DNA of 14,893 bases from Candidatus Eiseniibacteriota bacterium. Its GTDB lineage: Bacteria; Eisenbacteria; RBG-16-71-46; DASYSL01. This document shows, piece after piece, positions 1-6,668 of this stretch. Every line of letters begins with the position of its first letter. Positions within the stretch are counted from its first letter, which is position 1. The DNA lies in NCBI GenBank assembly GCA_046598045.1, contig JBKJJJ010000038.1, forward strand, positions 1 to 14,893. The letters are read 5' to 3'. The notes beneath the pieces were generated by a model. The model did not search any database and had not been told where the DNA came from. It saw only the letters and a list, made by a program, of their open reading frames with translations. The translations under genes were made by a program, and so were the position numbers.

Positions 1-398
1 GGGCGCAGGCGCGTCGTGCGGTACGCCGGGCGGTTGTCGCCCATCAGGATGAAGTCGAGCGTGTCCGCAACGAAGCCCTTGCGCAGGCGCCCCAGGTAGC
101 GGCGCGACGAGTCCGCCGTGTTCGGCCGGAAGCCGAGCAGCGTGTCGGCGAACATCGCACGCAACGGGGCGATCGGCCGGATGGCCTTCCCAGTCCCCTC
201 GGGTCCCCCGGTCTCCGCGCGATCGCCTGCTTTCCCGCGTGCCGAATCGCGCGCGACCGCGATGTCCTGCGGCACGACCGGGGAGATCGGGTTGACGAAC
301 GATAGCCGGCCCGCGCGCGCGCACCCGAGCGCGGCGAGCGCCAGCGCCAGCGCAAGCCCGGCGAGCCTCAGGCGTGCCGAATGCGCTCGATACTCCAT
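1..398 (-). CDS. Putative lipoprotein metallophosphoesterase (calcineurin-like), N-terminal part; runs off the left edge
   Basis: Not in the ORF track. My translation from ATG 398: MEYRAHSARLRLAGLALALALAALGCARAGRLSFVNPISPVVPQDIAV...YLGRLRKGFVADTLDFILMGDNRPAYRTTRLR. It has a lipobox-like LAALG/C. FILMGDNR resembles the first metal-binding motif of calcineurin-like phosphoesterases, but only that motif is visible. SD-like GGAGGG lies 6 nt upstream. It overlaps the upstream gene by 31 bp. Confidence 0.7.
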   Translation of the reverse strand, partial: MEYRAHSARLRLAGLALALALAALGCARAGRLSFVNPISPVVPQDIAVARDSARGKAGDRAETGGPEGTGKAIRPIAPLRAMFADTLLGFRPNTADSSRRYLGRLRKGFVADTLDFILMGDNRPAYRTTRLR

Positions 399-2011
399 GA
401 GCCACCCTCCCTCTTGACCGTGACCACGACCGATTTCGCGTTGAGGCCCCGGATCTCGAATTCGAGCTCCGCCCGGGTGACGTTCGCCCCGAGCCGGGAG
501 AGATCGAGAGTCGTCCCGGGAATCGTGAGGTGCTCGTCGTGCGCGCCCTCGCCCTCGACGTGGACCTCGTAACCGCGGGGCGTCGCGATGTGCCGGTCGA
601 CCGCGAGATCGCGGAAGCGCAGCTGCCCCGCCGAGACCTCGAAGAAGTCCAGCGGCACGACCCGCGTGAACCAGTAGCGCATGATCTTGTCGCGGCGTTC
701 GGCGAGCAATTGCAGCATCGCCGGCTTGACCCGTGGGTCCTCGTAGCCGACGGCGTCGATCGCCGCGGCAATCTGCGCGTCGCTGAACGATGCGACGAGT
801 TTCGCCGCCCAGTAACCGTCGCCCGCGGTCTTCTCGTGGAATGCGGCGTGGGGTTGCAGCGACTTGAACCGTTCCGGCTGCCACACCGTCGACTCGAAGT
901 TGCCGAGCGAGGGAATGGGAACATCCCGCGGAATCCTGCGCCACGGTTCATTGACGAAGCCGAGCGTGAGGAGGCGGAGCGCGACCCACTTGCCGTCGAC
1001 CACATACTCGAAGCCGCGTTCCGGCTGCCGCGGGCCCTCGGCCGCCGCGCCGAGGGACGCGCCGAAGTCGAGCAGGTGGTGCCGTACGTAACCGTGCTTG
1101 TCCCCCGTCTCGACGAAGGTCTCGAGCGACTGGTGGTCCTTCGTGTCCCAGCTCCCGACCCACGAGCACAGGATGTAGAGGCCCCGCAATTCGCGCCGGC
1201 TGCGGTGACGATAGCGGTCGTTCGGGTCGTCGGTGCGCCGCGTGCGCATGTCGATCGGCCCGACCGGCTTGCCCTCGACGAACAGGCTGGCCTGCCCGTA
1301 GAAACGTCCGTCCGGGCCGCGATGGCCGCGCGCGAGCAGGGAATCCAGGTCCGCCTCGCCGAACGGCGGGGTCTTGCCCTTCCCCTTCTTGAGCTCGTCG
1401 TCGATCACGAGGTCGCCGCGCTGGAACGTGTAGGCCACGTCATGCGACACGTTGTAGCCCGCCGCCCAGAACAGCCGCGACACCACGACGTCGGCTCCGG
1501 AGCCGAGCTGCGGGTACCCGGGCTTGTCGAGCTTGACGACCCAGCGCTTGCCCTTCGCATCCTTGATCGTGAACCCCGGATTGACGCCGCCCACCTTGCG
1601 CGACTTGATCGTGACTGGCGGCACAGGCACGAGCTCGGCCCGCGCCGGACCGAGCCGCACCGAATCGGGGGCGAGCGCGCGCACGTGGTTGCGATTCGTG
1701 AACCAGGTGGAGTTCGCGACCTCGTCGTAGGCGTTGACGTTGACGGCGTCGTGGCGCGGGCCCTTTCCCATCAGGGCGAGGAGCCGGTCGGGTACGTCGA
1801 ACGTCTGCGACAGCGGCTCGATGATCGCCTCGCGCAGTTGATGGCCGAACAGGCTCCGCTCCCGCTCGCGCGGCTGCGGAATCGGCTGGCCGTCGTGGTC
1901 GGTCGCGCTCGTGGGATCGACCGGCTGGGGGGCCAGCTTCGGCGGGGCCGCGGCGGCGCTTCCCGCCGCCAGCAGAAGCATGATCAGGGCAAGTCCATGG
2001 AGGGGTCTCAT
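368..2011 (-). CDS. Secreted uncharacterised protein with atypical protein-kinase-like (HipA/PI3K/CotH-like) motifs, 547 aa
   Basis: Start re-assigned to ATG 2011 (TGATG overlap with the upstream stop), giving signal peptide MRPLHGLALIMLLLAAGSAAA. Motifs occur in kinase order: Gly-rich VGGVNPG, beta3-like WVVKLD, helix GADVVVSRLFWAAGY, catalytic-loop-like WDTKDHQ, and LLDFG. The C-terminal domain is beta-rich. Confidence 0.75.
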   Translation of the reverse strand: MRPLHGLALIMLLLAAGSAAAAPPKLAPQPVDPTSATDHDGQPIPQPRERERSLFGHQLREAIIEPLSQTFDVPDRLLALMGKGPRHDAVNVNAYDEVANSTWFTNRNHVRALAPDSVRLGPARAELVPVPPVTIKSRKVGGVNPGFTIKDAKGKRWVVKLDKPGYPQLGSGADVVVSRLFWAAGYNVSHDVAYTFQRGDLVIDDELKKGKGKTPPFGEADLDSLLARGHRGPDGRFYGQASLFVEGKPVGPIDMRTRRTDDPNDRYRHRSRRELRGLYILCSWVGSWDTKDHQSLETFVETGDKHGYVRHHLLDFGASLGAAAEGPRQPERGFEYVVDGKWVALRLLTLGFVNEPWRRIPRDVPIPSLGNFESTVWQPERFKSLQPHAAFHEKTAGDGYWAAKLVASFSDAQIAAAIDAVGYEDPRVKPAMLQLLAERRDKIMRYWFTRVVPLDFFEVSAGQLRFRDLAVDRHIATPRGYEVHVEGEGAHDEHLTIPGTTLDLSRLGANVTRAELEFEIRGLNAKSVVVTVKREGGSWSIERIRHA

Positions 2012-3387
2012 CAGAACGTCTCCTCCAGCGAGAGATTGAACACGAGGCCCTCGGAGCCCTTTGCGGCGTCGACGCGGGCGGCAACGCGGTCGCCGTAGCC
2101 GTACCGCAAGCCGAGGCCGTAGGCCTCGTGCAGGTCGGCATAGCGCAGGCGGCGGGCGGTCGACGCGACCTCCCCGAGATTCGCGTTCGCGAGGGCGAAG
2201 ATCTTGTTCGTCAGCCACCAGCGGTATTCGACCTGCGCCAGCACGAGGTGCCGGTCACTGAAGCGGTGCGAGTTGTAGCCGTTGAAGCGCAACTCGTCCG
2301 TGGTCTCGGGAAGCCGGTAGTACGGCAGGGCAGGCGAGCCCGCCTTCGGCTCCACCCAGTCGTGCAGCACCCGGAACGCGAGCACGCGGCGCTCCGCGAA
2401 CACCGGCACATACGCCCGCGCCTCGACGTGGAACCGACGGTAGTCGAGATCGCTCGTGTCGGCGGCCTTGAACTGCTCCGCCCGGAGGCGCGCCGCCACG
2501 CCCCGCCGCGGCGTGCGGAGGTCGTCCAGGGCGCCGACGTCGCCGGCGAGGCCGAACGAGTACACGCGCGAACTGCGCTCGAGGAACGGCACCTCGGCCG
2601 CCGTGAAGTTGTCCTCGATGCGCTCCACGCCCGCGCTGCCATTGAAGCCGCTGCGCGCGCTGATCGCCGAGACGCTCGTGACCACGCGGACTTCGTGCAG
2701 GACCGCGCGACCGAAGTGCAGATTGGCGTCGACCCTCGATTCCTCCCGGAGCCAGATCGATTTCAGCGCGCGGTCGCTGGCATTGCCGATGCCGTAGAAG
2801 GTCGCGTTCGGCCTGAAGCCGTACAACGCCTCGACGTGGACGCCGCGCGGCGCAGAGTCATCCGTGCTGCGGAACGTGAGTTTCGCCCTGCGGCGATCGT
2901 TCCACCCGTACATGCCGGTGAGGAAGATCTTGGCATTGCCCGGCTCGTCGATCCGCCGGGTCAGGCGGAACCCGCCTCCCGGTTCGGCACTGACGACGGG
3001 CTCGAGCTTCCAGCGCGCCGGCACCTTGTGCGTCGCGTTCGGGCTCACGCGGCCCTCCGCGAACCCGACGAGCTTCTCGGTTCCGCGCGCGAGCAGGCGC
3101 AACGGCAGGAACGCGATGCGGAACGGCGCGCGCAGGATGGTCTCGCCCACGGGCTCGTGATCGCGTACGGCGACGCGGGGCCCGGGGGCGGCGGGATCGC
3201 CGGCCGGCACCTGCGCGGGAGGCGCGACCCAGTTCGAATCGCCGAACGCGGGCTCGGCGCCCGCGCGCGCAGGCAGGTGGATCGCCAGCGCGATCAGGCC
3301 CAAGGCGAGAGCCCACGTGCGGTACGCACGCAAGGATGGGACGCGGACAACCTCGACGCCGACGGGACACCGGTCTAGAGTCTGCAT
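2011..3387 (-). CDS. Omp85/BamA/TamA-family outer-membrane beta-barrel protein, apparently without POTRA domains
   Basis: Signal peptide ...RAYRTWALALGLIALAIHLPARA; amphipathic beta-strands; LRFNGY..RFSDR..LAQVEYRW loop-6-like motif; YGLGLRYG; C-terminal Phe beta-signal (FNLSLEETF). The start is uncertain: ATG 3387 (AGGAGG only 3 nt upstream) or TTG 3333 (gives a canonical-length signal peptide). Confidence 0.8.
   Translation of the reverse strand: MQTLDRCPVGVEVVRVPSLRAYRTWALALGLIALAIHLPARAGAEPAFGDSNWVAPPAQVPAGDPAAPGPRVAVRDHEPVGETILRAPFRIAFLPLRLLARGTEKLVGFAEGRVSPNATHKVPARWKLEPVVSAEPGGGFRLTRRIDEPGNAKIFLTGMYGWNDRRRAKLTFRSTDDSAPRGVHVEALYGFRPNATFYGIGNASDRALKSIWLREESRVDANLHFGRAVLHEVRVVTSVSAISARSGFNGSAGVERIEDNFTAAEVPFLERSSRVYSFGLAGDVGALDDLRTPRRGVAARLRAEQFKAADTSDLDYRRFHVEARAYVPVFAERRVLAFRVLHDWVEPKAGSPALPYYRLPETTDELRFNGYNSHRFSDRHLVLAQVEYRWWLTNKIFALANANLGEVASTARRLRYADLHEAYGLGLRYGYGDRVAARVDAAKGSEGLVFNLSLEETF
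3376..3381 (+). promoter_or_regulatory. Putative -10 element (TAGAGT) for a leaderless transcript of the transporter gene
   Basis: TANNNT hexamer followed by exactly 6 nt and then ATG 3388, with no SD sequence. Confidence 0.45.
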
Positions 3388-6108
3388 ATGCCTCCTGCTC
3401 GCGCCGATTGGAATCCGCTCCGTCACCTCGAACTCGGGCCCGGTGAAGGCGCCCTGTTCGGGCTCCTCGCGCTGCTTGTCGGATCGCTCTTCGCAGGTTA
3501 CACGGTCGCGAAGGTCCTGCGCGACTCCATGTTTCTCCACGAGTACGGCGCCACCGCGCTGCCCTGGGGCTATCTCGGGGTCGCCCTGGCCTCGATCGCG
3601 ATCGTCGCCGTCGACGCGCGCGTGACCGCGCGACTGGCGCGCGCCGGCACCGCCGCGCTCGGCCAGACCGTCGCGCTCGCCCTGAGTATCGCGTTCGCGG
3701 CGCTCTACCCCTTCCACAAGCACCTGGTCGCCGGCCTGTTCTACGTCTGGGCCGGAAGCCAGGCGATGATGCTGATGTCGTACTTCTGGTTGCTCGCGCT
3801 CGAACTCTGGGACTCCCGCCGGGCGCAGGCGATCCTGCCGATGTTCTCCGGCGCCGGACTCCTCGGCGGAGTCGTGGGCGGCGGCTTCGCGAACTGGGCC
3901 GTCGGCCGCATCGGGATCGACGGCCTCCTGTGGGCTCTCGCGATCGTGCTGCTGGCCGTGCGCATCATCACGACCGTACTGGATCGACGCCTGCCTGTCC
4001 GTCCATTTCTGACACAAGCCGCAGCGGGTACTTCTTGGGTATCCATCGTGCGCAAATCGAAATTCTTACGCTATCTCGCAGGCACGCTCGCATTATCGGT
4101 CGCAGTCTCGACGCTCGTCGACTTCCAATTCAAGTACGCGGCACAGGAGGCCTTTCCCGACAGTCACTCCCTGACCCGCTTCCTCGGACTGTTTTATGCA
4201 GGGCTGAACGGGCTTGCCCTCGTCGTCCAATTCGGCGCCGCAGGCTGGATCGTCAAGCGCACCGGCGTGTTCTTTTCTACATTGCCCCAGCCGCTGTCGA
4301 TCCTCGTGTTCGCGGCGTGGATCATCTTTTCTCCGATCTTCGGGGTCATCCTCGGGTTGCGCTGGGTTCAGGGCGTGTTGTTCCAGACGGTCGGCAAATC
4401 GTCGTTCGAACTCTACTTCATGGCCGTGCGCCCCGCGGAGCGCCAGAAGGTGAAGCCCGCCATCGATACGCTCGTCGAGCGCCTGGCCGACGCGGCGGTC
4501 GGGATCGCGCTGCTTGCGGTGATGCACACGATCGGCTTCAACATGCGCGTGATCGCGGGCATCACCGCGATCGCCGCGACCGCGTGGCTGGTCATGCTCA
4601 TCCGTCTGCAGCGCCGCTACGTCGGGGAGTTCCGCACGTCGCTCGAGCAGCACCGGAGCGAGCTGCCGATCACGACCGAGGGGCTGCAATTGCCGTCGGC
4701 GCGGCGCGCGCTGCTCGCCGCCCTGCGCTCCGACGACGAAGCCCAGGTCGCGCTCGCGCTGCGTCTCGCGGCCCGGGTCCGCACCCCGAAGATCCGGCCG
4801 GCAATCGTGGCCTGCCTCGAACATCCCTCCCCCGACGTCCGCGCCGCCGCGGTGCGCACGCTCGATACGCTGGGCGTCACCGGTCTCGACTCCCAGGTCG
4901 AGCCCCTGCTCGCCGAGTCCGACCTCGGACTGCGCGGTGCTGCCATCGGGTGGTGCCTCGCCCACGGAAGTCGAGCCTCGGAGCGCGCCCGGGCGTTGCT
5001 CGAGGGGTCCGACGAGGACTCGCGCGCGCTCGCGCTGGCCGTCCTCGTCGAGCGCCCCCGGCTGATCCCGGGAATGATCGGCGCGGAGTGGCTCGATGCG
5101 CGCCTCGCGGCCGGCGCCGAGCCCGACCTCGTCGCCGCCGCGCGGGCGCTCACGCTCGTGAGCGACGCGGTGCGGGTGGAGCGATTGCCTCTCCTGCTCG
5201 AACATCCGCTGGTCGAGGTGCGCCGCGCGGCGCTCGAGACTGCGGCCCGGTGTCCGGCGCCCGAACGGCTCGAGCAACTCTTTCCGCGGCTGCTCGAGCC
5301 TGACCTCGCGGCCGAGGCAGGGGCGGCGATCGCCGCGCTCGGGGACGCGGCGATCCCTGCGCTGGTCGCGCTCGCCGACGGCGCGCAGGGGGGGAAAACG
5401 CGGGCTCTCGCATGCGACACGCTGTCGCGGATCGGCAGCCGCAGCGCGCTCGCGGTCCTCCTGCGCCTCGTGCGCGGGGAAGACCCGCGCGCCCGCTACG
5501 ACGGGCTGCGCGCGCTCAACCGCATCCGCGTGCGCTCCTCGAGCGGCCTGATCAAGAAGGCCCAGGCGTTCCGGCTGTGGCAGCGGGAGGTCGAGGACCT
5601 GCGCGACAACCTGTTGCCGGCCCACATCCTGCGCGGCGCGCAGGACGCGCGGGTCGTACTGCTCGCCGCATCCTTCACCGAGTCGGCGGATCGCGCGCTC
5701 GATCGCTCATGCCGCGCGCTGGCCTGTTACTATCGCCCCGAGCCGTTTCGCAGCGTCTATCGCTACCTGCAGAACCCCGATTCCCCGAAGGCGGCGGCCC
5801 GGGCGCTCGAATACCTCGCTCACCTCGTGCCGCGGCGGCGATTCGGGCCGCTGCGCGAGCTGTTCGAATCGGCGGCGCCGTTCGAGGGCACCGAGGCCGC
5901 GCCCACCGACGGGCAGATTGCCGGCTGCATCGAGCGTGGCTACGCGATCGGCGACGCCTGGCTGCGCGCGTGTGCGGTGCGCGCGGCGCACGCGATCGCG
6001 GACCGGGTTCCGCTCAAGTTCGATCCCCGCGCGGACGAGGATCCCCTCGTCGTCGCGGAACTCGACGCCTACCAGGCGGCCTACCCGGCCGCAGGAGCCA
6101 AGGCATGA
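3388..6108 (+). CDS. NTT/TLC (Npt1/Npt2-like) nucleotide transporter, MFS fold, fused to C-terminal HEAT repeats, 906 aa
   Basis: The N-terminal ~410 aa hold about 12 hydrophobic helices with family-like motifs (LELGPGE, YTVAKVLRDSMFL, FWLLALELWDSRRAQ, STLVDFQFK, ERQKVKPAIDTLVERLAD). HEAT-like helical pairs follow (PDVRAAAVRTL, VEVRRAALETA, RALACDTLSRIG, ARYDGLRALNRIR, DAWLRACA). Confidence 0.85.
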   Translation: MPPARADWNPLRHLELGPGEGALFGLLALLVGSLFAGYTVAKVLRDSMFLHEYGATALPWGYLGVALASIAIVAVDARVTARLARAGTAALGQTVALALSIAFAALYPFHKHLVAGLFYVWAGSQAMMLMSYFWLLALELWDSRRAQAILPMFSGAGLLGGVVGGGFANWAVGRIGIDGLLWALAIVLLAVRIITTVLDRRLPVRPFLTQAAAGTSWVSIVRKSKFLRYLAGTLALSVAVSTLVDFQFKYAAQEAFPDSHSLTRFLGLFYAGLNGLALVVQFGAAGWIVKRTGVFFSTLPQPLSILVFAAWIIFSPIFGVILGLRWVQGVLFQTVGKSSFELYFMAVRPAERQKVKPAIDTLVERLADAAVGIALLAVMHTIGFNMRVIAGITAIAATAWLVMLIRLQRRYVGEFRTSLEQHRSELPITTEGLQLPSARRALLAALRSDDEAQVALALRLAARVRTPKIRPAIVACLEHPSPDVRAAAVRTLDTLGVTGLDSQVEPLLAESDLGLRGAAIGWCLAHGSRASERARALLEGSDEDSRALALAVLVERPRLIPGMIGAEWLDARLAAGAEPDLVAAARALTLVSDAVRVERLPLLLEHPLVEVRRAALETAARCPAPERLEQLFPRLLEPDLAAEAGAAIAALGDAAIPALVALADGAQGGKTRALACDTLSRIGSRSALAVLLRLVRGEDPRARYDGLRALNRIRVRSSSGLIKKAQAFRLWQREVEDLRDNLLPAHILRGAQDARVVLLAASFTESADRALDRSCRALACYYRPEPFRSVYRYLQNPDSPKAAARALEYLAHLVPRRRFGPLRELFESAAPFEGTEAAPTDGQIAGCIERGYAIGDAWLRACAVRAAHAIADRVPLKFDPRADEDPLVVAELDAYQAAYPAAGAKA

Positions 6109-6644
6109 CCACGGTCGAACGCGTCCTCACGCTCAAGCAGATCGACCTGCTGGCCGCGGCCGGCCCCCGCCATTTGCTTCAGCTCGCCGAGCTCGTGCGC
6201 GAGGTGGAGATGACCGTCGGCCAGGCGATCTACGGCGAGACCGACCTGGCCGACGCGATCTACGTCGTGTTCCAGGGACGCGTGCGCCTGATGGCCGCGG
6301 GCGCGGAGCTCTCCACCGTGGGACCCGGCGAAGCCTTCGGCACGTGGGCGCTGGTGGACGATTCGGAGCGCGGGCAGAGCGCCGAGTGCATCGAGCCCGG
6401 CCTGCTGGTCGCGCTCGGGCGGGAGGAATTCGACGAGTTTGCATCCGGGGATCCGACGCTGCTGCAGGGCGTGATTCGCGTGCTCGCGCGACGCCTGAAG
6501 GCGCTCGTGGTCGAGCGGCCCGAGGAAGCACGGATCGAGGGTGAGGGCGTGGACCCGCCGGCCGAGCCGGAGGCCGCGCAGGAGTCGACGAAGGAGTCGG
6601 CGGAGGACGTGAAGACGGCCGCGCAACTCGACGCCCACGAGTGA
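6105..6644 (+). CDS. Stand-alone cyclic-nucleotide-binding domain protein with acidic tail, 179 aa
   Basis: ATG 6105 has an ATGA overlap with the transporter stop and AGGAG upstream. The sequence MTTVERVLTLKQIDLL...GQAIYGETDLADAIYVVFQGRVRL...GPGEAFGTWAL...ERGQSAEC matches the cNMP beta-roll. No Crp HTH is visible. Confidence 0.88.
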   Translation: MTTVERVLTLKQIDLLAAAGPRHLLQLAELVREVEMTVGQAIYGETDLADAIYVVFQGRVRLMAAGAELSTVGPGEAFGTWALVDDSERGQSAECIEPGLLVALGREEFDEFASGDPTLLQGVIRVLARRLKALVVERPEEARIEGEGVDPPAEPEAAQESTKESAEDVKTAAQLDAHE

Positions 6645-6668
6645 GCCGGGGCCATCCTTCCGGGCTCA
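6642..6668. terminator. Imperfect GC-rich hairpin between convergent genes
   Basis: TGAGCC(6642-6647) pairs with GGCTCA(6663-6668), with a short inner extension after one mismatch. It includes both stop codons and has no U-tract. Confidence 0.25.

Noticed and set aside
44..355. 103-aa minus ORF in the track
   Set aside because: Wrong frame. The frame from ATG 398 has an SD, a lipobox and a phosphoesterase-like motif.
330..356. GCGCCA-type short tandem repeat
   Set aside because: It encodes the Leu-Ala run of the lipoprotein signal peptide on the minus strand.
3388..4017. N-terminal extension of the Omp85 ORF to 4017
   Set aside because: It is antisense to the transporter's TM region, and the signal peptide only appears downstream of 3387.
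530..5625. Long antisense or alternate-frame ORFs (530..2098, 2128..3378, 3930..5303, 4093..5625)
   Set aside because: They shadow well-supported genes. Stop codons are scarce at this GC content and no domain signatures are visible.
5412..6104. Upstream extensions of track ORFs (cNMP here; likewise the kinase-like, pepP, secreted-protein and carbonic anhydrase ORFs)
   Set aside because: They overlap neighbouring genes out of frame. Internal ATGs with an SD or stop/start overlap explain the real starts.
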